Shown here: positions 19,889 to 29,896 of the stretch, piece by piece
Layout of the letters: each line of letters starts with the position of its first letter
How positions within the stretch are numbered: position 1 is the first letter of the stretch
Virus record (IMG/VR): IMGVR_UViG_3300009011_000002
Span: 124,001 to 188,000 of that record
Strand: one strand, 5' to 3'
Length of the DNA: 64,000 nt
Position numbers and translations under genes: made by a program
The notes under the pieces: generated by a model
What the model was told of the DNA's origin: nothing
Seen by the model: only the letters and a program-made list of their open reading frames with translations
Database searches by the model: none

Positions 19889-19940
19889 GTAATAGACCCT
19901 TACGAGCAGCTTTCGCTACCCGTAAGGTATCAGGAGTGCC

Positions 19941-20549
19941 TTAAGGCAGCGGAGCTTCTTCTTCGACATCCAGCTGACCGTAGTAGGTCGGCGGGATGAC
20001 AATGATCTCAGCAGCACCTTGCACCCATTCCAGGGTACCCAGGAAGGTATCACCGATCAGTTCGATGGTGGTACCACCTTCCGGAACGTTCACTTCCGGA
20101 ATGTCGTATTTCAGCGCAGCTTTCAGGGCGGTTTCAACAGCAGCCGCAAAGCCCGCTTCTTCCACTTCGGCGGAGATCACCACAGCAGCCTTAACGGTTT
20201 CGCCGTCGAGGTAGCTGTACACGCCAACAGCGGTTTGTTCCTTCAGGGTTTCGAGGTCCGCGATAGGTACCAGCGGATCTTCGTTGCCCAGGGTGTAGAG
20301 CTTGACGTTGGTCGCAGCGTCTGCTGGGGTCCAGTCTTGCTCGATACCTTTGAAATTCCGTGCTACCGAAGTAACAGTGGAACGACGGCTACCCTCCACC
20401 GGCTCCGAAATATCGGTGATGTCAGTGATGGAAACCATACCCAAGGTCAGACCTTGGAACAGCGGCAACATCTTCGGATCGTCTTTGTAACGATCCAAGT
20501 TGAATTTCACGAAACGTTCGTGAAACAACTCCAAGTGGGCCTTAGCCAT
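19941..20549 (-). CDS. acidic putative virion protein, paralog of 1837..2433
   Basis: LFHERFVKFNLDRYKDDP..LTLG.V vs LFLDRFVLYNNERYKDEP..LTVG.V. Confidence 0.7.
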   Translation of the reverse strand: MAKAHLELFHERFVKFNLDRYKDDPKMLPLFQGLTLGMVSITDITDISEPVEGSRRSTVTSVARNFKGIEQDWTPADAATNVKLYTLGNEDPLVPIADLETLKEQTAVGVYSYLDGETVKAAVVISAEVEEAGFAAAVETALKAALKYDIPEVNVPEGGTTIELIGDTFLGTLEWVQGAAEIIVIPPTYYGQLDVEEEAPLP

Positions 20550-20603
20550 GAGGCTTCTCCTAAGTGATGTTCAACAAGCGGGTTACTCACCCACTGCATA
20601 ACA

Positions 20604-20846
20604 TCAGAAGAAGATAAGGTCTACGGCAACAAGAATGGGCAGCATAAACGCACAGAGTCCAAGATTATTGCCAACACAGTAGTGTGGTTCTTCTTGCTTG
20701 ATTAGCACTTGATAACCCAACCGCGCTGAACAGTAAAAGAACGCTACCCAATAACCCGCCAAGAATGGAACTTGACTCAACCCTACCATCAACAATATAA
20801 AGATAATTGGGATGGGTTGGAGCAACAAACGCATTTGTAACGTCAT
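20604..20846 (-). CDS. small multi-TM membrane protein
   Basis: three hydrophobic segments; GAGG RBS before MTLQ. Confidence 0.55.
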   Translation of the reverse strand: MTLQMRLLLQPIPIIFILLMVGLSQVPFLAGYWVAFFYCSARLGYQVLIKQEEPHYCVGNNLGLCAFMLPILVAVDLIFF

Positions 20847-20892
20847 GTTTACCTCAAATAGGAATGGGGTGGTGTTACCCACCCCGCTTTAG

Positions 20893-22548
20893 TTAACTGA
20901 TCTTCACAGCGCCGTGGCGTTCGTTGACCAGGATGCTGCTCAGCGTTGCCAGCAGTCGAGCCGTTTGAACACCGCCCTTCAGCGCAGTAATCGACGCATA
21001 AGCTGTGTCGTAAATACCCAGTGCTTCCGGAGTGCCAGTTTCACCCGTGGCCAAGTTGACCACCTCAATCTGGTCCAGCTCAGATGGCTTCGGTACCGCA
21101 GCCTCTTCGCCGACCAGGATCTTGTAACCCACTTTGGAAATTTCACGGATAGCCCCGATGATGTCGATCTGCCGAGGGGTGATCTCCTGACTCTTCTCAA
21201 TGTACTCTTCGTACAGCTGACGCTCAGCCGCCGCTGTAGCGCGAATCAGGGCGGTGTGTACCCCAGGCAGGATACCGTTCTCCAAAGCGCTCTGTACCGC
21301 ACGAGAGACATCCTCGAAGCGGTCTTTACGCTCACGGATCTCCGACAGGGTTTCACCACCCACCAGCACGGTCACCAGCTCACCGTTCAGAGCACGCAGA
21401 CGGGCTTCGTTGAAGCGAGCACGAGGGCTGAACTTCTCGGAGAGTTCGAAGGTTTCCAGCTGCTTCTTGATCTCACCGACCCGGGCTTCTACACGTTGCT
21501 TGGCAGCATCGCTGAGACCGGTGACCAAGGAACGACCCGAACCCAAGGTAACGTTCTCCATCACCAAGGGAATAACCTGGCTGGTAACATCTTCGCGGCT
21601 GGTGAACATCGGTACACCGAAGACAGTGGCAATGTCCTGCATCAGCGACGTACCCACCGAACCACCGAAGTTGGTCTGGAGACCGATGACTTTCGCGCCG
21701 TTATAGTAACTGCCCTTCACGGCGTTCTGCGCATTGATAGCCGCCAACACCGAGTTGTAATCGTTGTCGATGCTGCGAGTAATCAACAGGACGTGCGTGA
21801 TGATGCTGTTCTTGTACAGGTGTTCCATCAGGTCGGCCACGAACTTGACCATGCTGCGTGGGTCGTTGCCGCGGATGGAATCGTCCAGCACCACTGGATA
21901 GAACGTATCCAAGGACCAGTCTTCGCCGGTGCCGTTTGGCGAGAACAGCGGGTTGCTGTACACCATGCGCAGTGGGAGACCGTTGGCACGCTGGACGGTG
22001 TCTTTGCTGCTATTGGCTTCCTTGAACTCGATCTGCGGGTACGTACCCTTGCTGGCGTGGAAGATGTCGCAGATGATCTTGCTGAGCTCTTCGTCGTTGT
22101 TCGACGAGGTCAGCGCCAGCTTGTACAATTCTTCGCTGTCGGTGTTGACCGAGATGGTCGCCTTGGTCAGGTTGGCGATGATCATCTTGGTGTACTTGTC
22201 GATGAACTTGTGGTCCACGAACTTCGGGAACTTCCGGTAGAGGGTATAGAACTCTGCCGTCAGCATGGTGGTAGTGGTGGTACCGTCACCACATTCCACG
22301 TCAGTCTTGATTGCTGGTTCGATCATGACACGAGCAACGGCGTCTTCGATCGGGTCCTGGAACGAGATCGAACGGGCCACGGTGACACCGTCCTTGGTAA
22401 CGGACACTGAAGTCCCGGTACGAATAGCCGACAGCTGGCCATCCGGACCCATGGTAGCGACCACAGCACGACGAATCCGATCGACCACGCGTTCTACTAC
22501 AGCTTGGGTGTTTTCAATGGTCACGAGTTTGTCATTGTTGTACTGCAT
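20893..22548 (-). CDS. groEL: phage-encoded GroEL-like chaperonin
   Basis: TMGPDG, VTKDGVTVA, GDGTTT, VGGET..E..ERKDRFED, GI.PG, GIYD motifs; 551 aa. Confidence 0.95.
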   Translation of the reverse strand: MQYNNDKLVTIENTQAVVERVVDRIRRAVVATMGPDGQLSAIRTGTSVSVTKDGVTVARSISFQDPIEDAVARVMIEPAIKTDVECGDGTTTTTMLTAEFYTLYRKFPKFVDHKFIDKYTKMIIANLTKATISVNTDSEELYKLALTSSNNDEELSKIICDIFHASKGTYPQIEFKEANSSKDTVQRANGLPLRMVYSNPLFSPNGTGEDWSLDTFYPVVLDDSIRGNDPRSMVKFVADLMEHLYKNSIITHVLLITRSIDNDYNSVLAAINAQNAVKGSYYNGAKVIGLQTNFGGSVGTSLMQDIATVFGVPMFTSREDVTSQVIPLVMENVTLGSGRSLVTGLSDAAKQRVEARVGEIKKQLETFELSEKFSPRARFNEARLRALNGELVTVLVGGETLSEIRERKDRFEDVSRAVQSALENGILPGVHTALIRATAAAERQLYEEYIEKSQEITPRQIDIIGAIREISKVGYKILVGEEAAVPKPSELDQIEVVNLATGETGTPEALGIYDTAYASITALKGGVQTARLLATLSSILVNERHGAVKIS

Positions 22549-22584
22549 TATGTTTCTCCAATTATCAGGGGTGTTACTACCTAA

Positions 22585-22614
22585 GTAATATAGGTTTGAC
22601 TTATTTTCGTTATT
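22585..22614 (-). promoter_or_regulatory. early promoter upstream of the chaperonin
   Basis: AAACCTATATTAC 37 nt upstream of the ATG. Confidence 0.8.
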
Positions 22615-23014
22615 AGTGTTCGTGCATGAACAACACTTTGGTTTCCCAATCGAACTCGTTTAACATCTGCTCAAACTTGTTATATTCTTCTAGCAGATAT
22701 TGCCAGGTATCCGAGTGGTTGAACTCGTCTTTCTGACGCACTGCTTGTTTACGGCAGGTTGCCAGAAAAGCCAAGAACTGTTCCTTGGTAACCATGTACG
22801 AATCAGGAGTCTTCCACACCAACGGCAGGTCATCACGTAGCCCGTCCAAGATTTTACCGCTGGTCGGCGAAATCCAGAAGAGGGAGAACCCTTCCGCTTC
22901 ACCGAGAGTAACATCCAAGTCGCTGATTCCCTTACCCTCTAGACCTGGTTTAATATAAGGGTACTTCTCGGCATTCTCTTTGGTGATCTGGTACACGTAA
23001 GCTTCAGAACTCAT
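22613..23014 (-). CDS. hypothetical protein
   Basis: 133 aa, GGAGG RBS. Confidence 0.7.
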   Translation of the reverse strand: MSSEAYVYQITKENAEKYPYIKPGLEGKGISDLDVTLGEAEGFSLFWISPTSGKILDGLRDDLPLVWKTPDSYMVTKEQFLAFLATCRKQAVRQKDEFNHSDTWQYLLEEYNKFEQMLNEFDWETKVLFMHEH

Positions 23015-23122
23015 GGGCTTTTACCTCCGAAGAAACCAATAAAAAGGCAAACAGCCAGTAGGACCCCCAGTGCTTTAAGGAGGTCCCGAAGGACCCGGCG
23101 AGGGGCCCTTTTCTTGTGGGGT

Positions 23123-23761
23123 TTAATCATCGAGTTCCCTGTCGAAGAATTTGCGCAGTTGGTCAATTGCCTTCAACGCTTTACCAAGCCCTTTAGAAAG
23201 GTCTTCCAGTTGTTTAATAAGCTTATCCCGAGACGTGTCTTTGACGATCTTGTCTTTATCGTCCAACCACACGTACACCCACCAGTGGATGGCTTTGTGG
23301 CAATCCGCAATAACGAACACACCATCGCCGTTCTCATCCAGCTTGCTGCTGGTGTAGCCTGTGAAGTGGGTATTGCCTTCATTGAGCCAAGTGCGCTCTA
23401 CCAAATGTTTCTTGGCGGGGGTCTTAATGCGCTTCTTGTACTCGGCTACGAAATGATCGAGTTTCTCTTTAAGCAGAATCAACTTCTTCTCTTGCTTAAC
23501 CAGCCCATAATCGTGCTCGGGGCTGTGCAGGTGAATACGCGCCGAGCCTACACAGATGTTGATGTGACCAGTCCAAACGTAGTTCACCACTTCGGCTTTG
23601 GGTTTACCCTTCTTAGGAGGATCCGCCCAGTCCGTGTAGGCTTCGACACTAAACGCGTAGTCGTAAAACCCTGTGTCGGTCTTGTAAGCCCCTTCTAGGA
23701 AATCCCGCCCCATTACCAAAAGGTTATCGAACTTTACAGTACCTTTGGTATACTTGTCCAT
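23123..23761 (-). CDS. hypothetical protein
   Basis: about 212 aa; possible internal two-fold repeat. Confidence 0.7.
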   Translation of the reverse strand: MDKYTKGTVKFDNLLVMGRDFLEGAYKTDTGFYDYAFSVEAYTDWADPPKKGKPKAEVVNYVWTGHINICVGSARIHLHSPEHDYGLVKQEKKLILLKEKLDHFVAEYKKRIKTPAKKHLVERTWLNEGNTHFTGYTSSKLDENGDGVFVIADCHKAIHWWVYVWLDDKDKIVKDTSRDKLIKQLEDLSKGLGKALKAIDQLRKFFDRELDD

Positions 23762-23829
23762 TACTTCCCCCAAACAAATAAAACAGCGTACCTCTGCCTA
23801 GGCGAACCTAGGCAGGGGTTACCACCGTA

Positions 23830-24099
23830 TCAAGGATCCTGACGTACCAGGACGAAATGGGTCTTGAGTTGGGTGAAGTGATACAGAGCACCATCAACAT
23901 GCCCGGTGAGCTCCACTTCCAACTTACGACCCAGGTTAAATACCGAGGAAACCTTCCCGATATAATCCTCAGGGGCGATAAATTTGATGTGGGGGTTACA
24001 GCCGATGACACTGACGCCTTCGGTTTTGACTTGGTCGCTCAGACGCTTGAATGCTTCCAAGCCGAGCTTCTGGTGAATCTTAACTTTGGTTGTTGCCAT
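23830..24099 (-). CDS. hypothetical protein
   Basis: 89 aa, AAGGAG RBS. Confidence 0.65.
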   Translation of the reverse strand: MATTKVKIHQKLGLEAFKRLSDQVKTEGVSVIGCNPHIKFIAPEDYIGKVSSVFNLGRKLEVELTGHVDGALYHFTQLKTHFVLVRQDP

Positions 24100-24114
24100 G
24101 ACAGCTCCTTACGA

Positions 24115-24696
24115 CTACAGGCCTACAACGGGAACGAGGATGATGGAGACCAGCATGACAATGACCATCACGATAGTCCAGCCCACCAGGGTTTCTGAAG
24201 CTTCCTTGTAGCTGACAAAACGACGCGGTTGAACAGTGCGCGAGCTCCAGTTGAAGAAGGACCACCCACGAAGCACAACCGGTGCTTCTTCTTCAATCTT
24301 GAGTGGTTCCGACCACATGTACTTGATGATCTTGATCAGGATCACACAGATGGCCAAAGACGCAATCATCATACCGATCAGCTTACCGAAGATCTTCAGC
24401 AAAATGATCGCTATCGTGAGCATGCCCGCTGGAGTGGTGATGAAGTTGTTTACTTCCACGCCAAGTTTATTGGCGGCAATACCAATAGCTTCAGCCACTT
24501 CCTTTGCCACACCCGCATACTCAGACACCTTCTTGGCATTTACCGGAGACGCCACCTCAGCAGCTTGAGCTTTCAGGCAGTCCAGCTCTAATTGCTTCTT
24601 GCTTACATCAGTAAGACCGGAAGCAGTGATGGTGCAATCAGCCAGTGCCAACGGGCTGAACAACGCCAGCAATACAACGAAGATCCAATGTTTCAT
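24115..24696 (-). CDS. membrane protein with signal peptide
   Basis: signal peptide ending ALA, then 2-3 TM helices. Confidence 0.75.
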   Translation of the reverse strand: MKHWIFVVLLALFSPLALADCTITASGLTDVSKKQLELDCLKAQAAEVASPVNAKKVSEYAGVAKEVAEAIGIAANKLGVEVNNFITTPAGMLTIAIILLKIFGKLIGMMIASLAICVILIKIIKYMWSEPLKIEEEAPVVLRGWSFFNWSSRTVQPRRFVSYKEASETLVGWTIVMVIVMLVSIILVPVVGL

Positions 24697-24705
24697 TACA
24701 ACTCC

Positions 24706-24936
24706 TTAGATGAGGTGAACTGTTTTCCAGACAAGGGTAATACCGAGGACCACTACCATGTATACGAAACATACGATCGTGCACCCAATGAACTTACCGT
24801 CCAGGTCTACGAAAACCCTTTCATTTTCCGTAGACCTGATATGACGGAAATCATTCCACGCTTTGTAACGCGCGAGATACAACCGAGCCCAGAACCACAC
24901 CAGCAAAAGCAGAACACCGAAAACAACTAATCCCAT
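24706..24936 (-). CDS. small 2-TM membrane protein
   Basis: two hydrophobic helices, GGAG RBS. Confidence 0.65.
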   Translation of the reverse strand: MGLVVFGVLLLLVWFWARLYLARYKAWNDFRHIRSTENERVFVDLDGKFIGCTIVCFVYMVVVLGITLVWKTVHLI

Positions 24937-24945
24937 GACAACTCC

Positions 24946-25209
24946 CTAGTAAGTGATGTATTTACACAATGCTGGTTGTCCATACGACAGTGCACAGACA
25001 AACCCGTCGAAGATCACGTACAGTAGCACCAGCACCAGGAGTACGATGACCACGCCAATTATGCGGGCTTCCCAACGGCAGAAGCGTCGAGCTGCCTCAA
25101 CGCTGTACTTCGTTAGCATCACTTCTGCCATGGCAGGACCCAACCAGGCCATCCACAGCATACAGAATGCCAAAAACCCAATAAAGATTCCTACAAGCAT
25201 CATAGTCAC
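24946..25209 (-). CDS. small 2-TM membrane protein
   Basis: two hydrophobic helices. Confidence 0.65.
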   Translation of the reverse strand: MTMMLVGIFIGFLAFCMLWMAWLGPAMAEVMLTKYSVEAARRFCRWEARIIGVVIVLLVLVLLYVIFDGFVCALSYGQPALCKYITY

Positions 25210-25212
25210 CCC

Positions 25213-25866
25213 TTAGATTTTGAAACCGCCGTTACGGTCGAGTGCATCGTTGCGTAGACGACCCAGGTGTTGAGGCTGGGTACGGCAATCGACGCACAAG
25301 AGCAGTTTGAGGTCTTCGATGTTACCCTCACCGCGGTCGAAAGGAACGTACTGCTGCAGCTGAGCCACATGGAACTCCCCGCCGCAATCCGAACACTCGC
25401 GGAAGTCTTCCGCCACGACAACGGTTTCGTTGCACTCAGGGCCGATGCCCGGATCCCACAGGTTCTCATCACCCTCGGTGAGTTCCAGTTGGATATCCTG
25501 GTTGGTCTTGAGCAGTGCTTGGTGTTCGTCGGATTCCCAGCACAGTGTGCACACCGCCAGTTCCGTTTCCTCGACCGACAGACCTTCACGGTCATACGGT
25601 GTCCACATACGGATCTCTTCGCGGAGGAACTCGGTGGCGCAGTAGTTGCAGCACACCAGATCCTTCGCACGCTTGACGGTGTAAGCGTCGAAGCAGTGCT
25701 TGCACATCAGGTTCATGTGGACGTCTTCACCCACCTTGAACGACGAGTAACCATGTGCTTGCTGGTTACGATTGAGGTGGTCACACTTGCTGTGTTCCAC
25801 CAACAGGCCCTGACGATTAAAACCTACAGACAAACCAGTCAGTCCGTGCCCGTGCCATTCAGCCAT
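25213..25866 (-). CDS. Cys-rich zinc-finger protein
   Basis: five CxxC pairs; duplicated CxxC..EF..P.D..CxxC..H module. Confidence 0.75.
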   Translation of the reverse strand: MAEWHGHGLTGLSVGFNRQGLLVEHSKCDHLNRNQQAHGYSSFKVGEDVHMNLMCKHCFDAYTVKRAKDLVCCNYCATEFLREEIRMWTPYDREGLSVEETELAVCTLCWESDEHQALLKTNQDIQLELTEGDENLWDPGIGPECNETVVVAEDFRECSDCGGEFHVAQLQQYVPFDRGEGNIEDLKLLLCVDCRTQPQHLGRLRNDALDRNGGFKI

Positions 25867-26476
25867 TTGTACGTACTCCTACAACAATTTTGTTAACACA
25901 CTTAGAATAACGCCCAGCGTGGCACGTTATTCCGATCGTTTTACGATGGAAGACAATCTCGTCCCAATAACCTTGACCGAAGATCTCTTCACAACCCTTA
26001 CACCACCGACCAGTACATTGATGATCCGTGGGATCTTCTGGATCAGGCTCACAGTCATCCCAATCCTCGTCAGGGATCAGGAAATCTTCCTCATCGTCAT
26101 CCTGCTGGCGGAGGAATGCATCATTCTCCAGACGTTGGATGTGACGATCCTTGGTTTGACAATCCTTACAGACCCACCGCTTGGAGTCCTCGTTCTCGCT
26201 CGGCGATCCGTCCATGATGTATGGGACGTACCGATAAAGCGTGTTACGCGGGAACTCCTGACCACAATCGTCACACTCTGTGGGCTCTGTTTTACGTACC
26301 TGGAGGAAAGCCTCGTAGCAGGGCTGGCACTTGAGGTAACGCTCTTCACCAAAGCTGTCTGCTTCCCCGGAATAACCGAAAGCAACATCTCCGTCTTTCA
26401 GGTGCCTGCAACGACCACCCTCATCAGGTTCAGCGCCAACGATCTGTTGTGTCCTGCCATGTACGTACCAGTTCAT
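25859..26476 (-). CDS. Cys-rich zinc-finger protein, paralog of 25213..25866
   Basis: C.HL..GYS..CxxC..CxxC..YVP..CxxC..H..RL.NDA shared; acidic tract. Confidence 0.75.
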   Translation of the reverse strand: MNWYVHGRTQQIVGAEPDEGGRCRHLKDGDVAFGYSGEADSFGEERYLKCQPCYEAFLQVRKTEPTECDDCGQEFPRNTLYRYVPYIMDGSPSENEDSKRWVCKDCQTKDRHIQRLENDAFLRQQDDDEEDFLIPDEDWDDCEPDPEDPTDHQCTGRWCKGCEEIFGQGYWDEIVFHRKTIGITCHAGRYSKCVNKIVVGVRTNG

Positions 26477-27108
26477 CGGTATCCGTCCTCGTCGTGAGCA
26501 TCATGGTCGTAGGTGTCGATGAACTCACGTACCTCTTTGGCGCGCTGAGTATCACGATCACCGTTCTTCAACATGAGCTGGAAATAGTCCTCCAGCCACT
26601 TCTCCGGGATCCCGTCGAGGATCCGTTCGCCGTTAATCAACTTCATTAACGGCTCAATGGCGTGGAAGTTCCGTGGATCCTTCTTGTCGTACCAGCGCTG
26701 GATCTGATCCGGGAAGTCCAACGGGTTATCGATTGCCAACACGAACGTCAGAACCCCTACGCCTGGTTCATTGAACAACCAGTCGAGGGATTCGTCTTTG
26801 AGGTAGACCTCGTCGTCTTGGACAATCTTCCAAGTCTCTTTAGGCATCTGGGTTTCTATCACCAGGTGCTCGCCCAAGGTCATGGAATGAGCCCGCAGGT
26901 TAGGATCACTCAGCGGCAACGCATAGACCAAGAAGCACTGGAGCTTCTCCCAGTACTTAGGGAGTTGCTTCTTGGCGGCGGGTACCACAGTGATGAAAGC
27001 GCCCATGCGACGGAAGTGACCTTCCTGTTCCATCTTGACGTCTTTCTCACCCACCTTGACCATGACGTTGCCTTCGTCACCGTAGGTGTAAATCCGAACT
27101 TCTGGCAT
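26473..27108 (-). CDS. hypothetical protein
   Basis: 211 aa, AAGGA RBS. Confidence 0.7.
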   Translation of the reverse strand: MPEVRIYTYGDEGNVMVKVGEKDVKMEQEGHFRRMGAFITVVPAAKKQLPKYWEKLQCFLVYALPLSDPNLRAHSMTLGEHLVIETQMPKETWKIVQDDEVYLKDESLDWLFNEPGVGVLTFVLAIDNPLDFPDQIQRWYDKKDPRNFHAIEPLMKLINGERILDGIPEKWLEDYFQLMLKNGDRDTQRAKEVREFIDTYDHDAHDEDGYR

Positions 27109-27117
27109 AGCGGTTCC

Positions 27118-27618
27118 TTAGAAAGTAAAGACAGGGAATTTAGTTCCCGAAGTGTTATTGGTACGCACTACAGTTCCAGCGATTTGTTGCTTACGGGGTT
27201 CTTCGAAAGCACAGTTGGTGAAAACCGACTTGTCTCCGAACACCGTATCAGAATCCTTCTCGACATGAGAGATCCCCACTTCCCGCTGACCTTCGTCGTT
27301 GGTGTAGAAGTAAAGAATCTTTTCCTCAGTGTCGAGATAGTAGGTGATGGCAAGGCCTTCTAGCCCTACCATCTCCGGGTTTACCGACTTGAACACATCA
27401 TCACCGAAAACAACATCACTCCCTTCCAGCTTGAACGTACTCACCAAAGGGAGCGTCTTGATGGAATGGAAGTCTTCGGCTTTGTCGGTGTACCCGTAAT
27501 TCTGGCACACCAACTGTTGCTCGGCCGCTTGCGCAGGCCGAGTAGTAAACATCAGGATGATGATCAATGCAGTCAGACCACCCATCATACCAAAGAACCA
27601 CTTGCTGTGCTCATTCAT
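27118..27618 (-). CDS. exported/periplasmic protein
   Basis: signal-like N-terminus ending AQA; two Cys flanking a beta-rich domain. Confidence 0.7.
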   Translation of the reverse strand: MNEHSKWFFGMMGGLTALIIILMFTTRPAQAAEQQLVCQNYGYTDKAEDFHSIKTLPLVSTFKLEGSDVVFGDDVFKSVNPEMVGLEGLAITYYLDTEEKILYFYTNDEGQREVGISHVEKDSDTVFGDKSVFTNCAFEEPRKQQIAGTVVRTNNTSGTKFPVFTF

Positions 27619-28181
27619 TACTTTTCAGCTCCGTCCATGGTCTCGAAGAACGATACATTTTTGACATCCTGAATATGGTCTTCCAGTGTTTTGACCATAT
27701 CCAGAATTTTAGCGTAGAAGCTGCGATCAGACGCAGCATTGTTGTAGTCTTGGGTGATCTCGAGGCCATTGATGCCTTCCCCGAACATCTGGAAGACCAT
27801 GCGGTTACGACGACGTACCGCGTGGAACATCAGAGGGCGGTTGTTCTCGAGAATCATCTTGGTAAACGCTGGCCGAGGGCCATTGTCCAAGTGCTCCAAC
27901 AAACGAGCCGGTGCGCTGGCCCAACCGTAGAACTCGTGCAGGGCGTCAACGATTTCTTTCAGCTCCGCCTGGTACGCCTTTACGTGCTCCATCACCTTGT
28001 GGATGCGAACACCCTTAGGCGAGAAGGTAGCACGACGCTCCAGACGACCTTGAGCACCGAAGTCGATGGTGACCTTGAAGACCACTTGGTCATCGACAGT
28101 GCGAATACCTGTCGACTGGTTAACGATGTTGCGGTTAACAAAAGCAGACGACAGTTCACGCGAATGGAAAAGACTAGCCAT
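27618..28181 (-). CDS. hypothetical protein
   Basis: 187 aa, GGAG RBS. Confidence 0.7.
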   Translation of the reverse strand: MASLFHSRELSSAFVNRNIVNQSTGIRTVDDQVVFKVTIDFGAQGRLERRATFSPKGVRIHKVMEHVKAYQAELKEIVDALHEFYGWASAPARLLEHLDNGPRPAFTKMILENNRPLMFHAVRRRNRMVFQMFGEGINGLEITQDYNNAASDRSFYAKILDMVKTLEDHIQDVKNVSFFETMDGAEK

Positions 28182-28278
28182 TTTTAATACTCCAATAATT
28201 TCGAACCACGCAGAGTGGTTTCGTTAATAGGAAAAGCAAAAATCCGCCAACCCTATTGATTGGCGGTGAGGTTACAAC

Positions 28279-29652
28279 TTACTTGTCTTGGTCTTTGGGA
28301 ATGCGGTTCTCTGGGACCTTGGTCAACGGCTTAGCGTCTTCGAAGCCCAGGTCACCGAATTGATCACGGACCTTTTGTTGCGATTCAGCAATCGCCTTGT
28401 CGACTGCCTTGCGCACCTTACGGAGAGCAATCAGACGGTCGATATACTTCGCGCCAGCACCCAGCGCATCCTGGACAAGGTGGAAGTCAACATCCTTCGC
28501 TAGGCGACGAATACGACTTTCCGCTTGACGATGGTCAACCATGATGGGATTGAGTCCCAGCTTGGTGTGTAACTCGCTGATTTCCTTGAACCAGTACGAA
28601 TGAGGATTCTTTTTCTCATCGTCAGTCAGTTCAGAGTCGTCGCGGGTTTTCTTGGTCCCTGGGAACACGACACCGGCTTCATGGGAAAGGTAACCGTGTT
28701 CCTTGAGGTGTGAGTGGATAGCAAGGCTGGCGCCACCCCCAACGACGACGACATCGTTAAAGAGCTGCGGTTCCCGCCCACGTACTCGGACACCCTTGAC
28801 ATCTACACCGAAAGGAGGTTCTTCACAAATAGCTTCACCTACGGTACCGGTAGGGCCACCCACAGACCGACCAGGCGCATGGAAGCGGGATCGGACCAAT
28901 ACCCCTTCAGCGTTGATCACGTCTTCGGTGAACGGAACGTACTTGTTACCTTCTTCAAACAGCCGGTGGACCAAAGCAACATACGCGTCCCAACGAACTA
29001 CTGAGTCAGGATCGGTCAGCGCTTTGGTCACTTCAGTTATTGTGACACCAGGAAGCACATCTCGCACCACTGTTGTGACCTTGGGCATGTTTAACGTCCA
29101 GTGGGCCAACCCAAACGCCTTGTAGAAGTGTCCGGCGTTCTGCTGCCAGTACAAGCCAGCTTTCCGGTAACGGAAACCAAAGCGGTCTTTCCCTAGCGCC
29201 TCACTCAAGGTGTCGGCACCACCGTCCGTTATCAGAGCCTTCTTGGCTGATCGGCTTTCACCCAAGCTATCAGCCAGGTCAATGATACCGTCAGCGTAGT
29301 GATCCATGATTGGACCCTTCAACAGCTCTGGATCCAGGGTGACCTTTGGCTGCACCGGGTAAGTACCCTGAGCAATTGCCAACTGACGCGACAGCCAACG
29401 AATACGCTCCTTGACTGCCGTCATGAAGGCGATCTTCGGGACATGACCGTCTTTTCCCATGGCCAGCATGACACGGATTTCGGCGTCCTGGCTGCGGTCG
29501 TAGTTCATGAATGCGTAGTTAGCCAACTCGTCGTCCGAGAAATCCGCCATTGGGAGGTCCTCACGAGGACGATCCAAGTAGTTGGCAAATGGATCTTCCT
29601 TCCCTTCTACAGCCCAACGGAACTGCACCACATCTTTCTTTTCACGAGCCAT
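28279..29652 (-). CDS. mosaic hypothetical protein
   Basis: 457 aa, AGGAG RBS; contains a DVVVVGGG stub. Confidence 0.75.
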   Translation of the reverse strand: MAREKKDVVQFRWAVEGKEDPFANYLDRPREDLPMADFSDDELANYAFMNYDRSQDAEIRVMLAMGKDGHVPKIAFMTAVKERIRWLSRQLAIAQGTYPVQPKVTLDPELLKGPIMDHYADGIIDLADSLGESRSAKKALITDGGADTLSEALGKDRFGFRYRKAGLYWQQNAGHFYKAFGLAHWTLNMPKVTTVVRDVLPGVTITEVTKALTDPDSVVRWDAYVALVHRLFEEGNKYVPFTEDVINAEGVLVRSRFHAPGRSVGGPTGTVGEAICEEPPFGVDVKGVRVRGREPQLFNDVVVVGGGASLAIHSHLKEHGYLSHEAGVVFPGTKKTRDDSELTDDEKKNPHSYWFKEISELHTKLGLNPIMVDHRQAESRIRRLAKDVDFHLVQDALGAGAKYIDRLIALRKVRKAVDKAIAESQQKVRDQFGDLGFEDAKPLTKVPENRIPKDQDK

Positions 29653-29667
29653 TGTAAAGTCTCCTAA

Positions 29668-29862
29668 TTAAAGGGGGTAATAGATATACATCCAGGTGTA
29701 GGCCAACATCTGGAGGATGAACATAGTCAGGAAGAAGCAACCTTCCATGTAAGCGGTATGGGCGATGAAAGGATTCTCGGTTCTGTCCATACGACGTACC
29801 GAATATCCAACACCGACCAAAGTAAATACCAGCGGCGCAATAACAGCCAGTAAGTAGTGCAT
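29668..29862 (-). CDS. small 2-TM membrane protein
   Basis: two hydrophobic helices; first gene after a promoter variant. Confidence 0.6.
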   Translation of the reverse strand: MHYLLAVIAPLVFTLVGVGYSVRRMDRTENPFIAHTAYMEGCFFLTMFILQMLAYTWMYIYYPL

Positions 29863-29896
29863 GACGATTCCCTAAAGAAAGTCAAGTTACAAATAG

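Noticed and set aside
20914-22410. 498-aa plus-strand ORF
   Set aside because: Antisense shadow of the GroEL-like gene.
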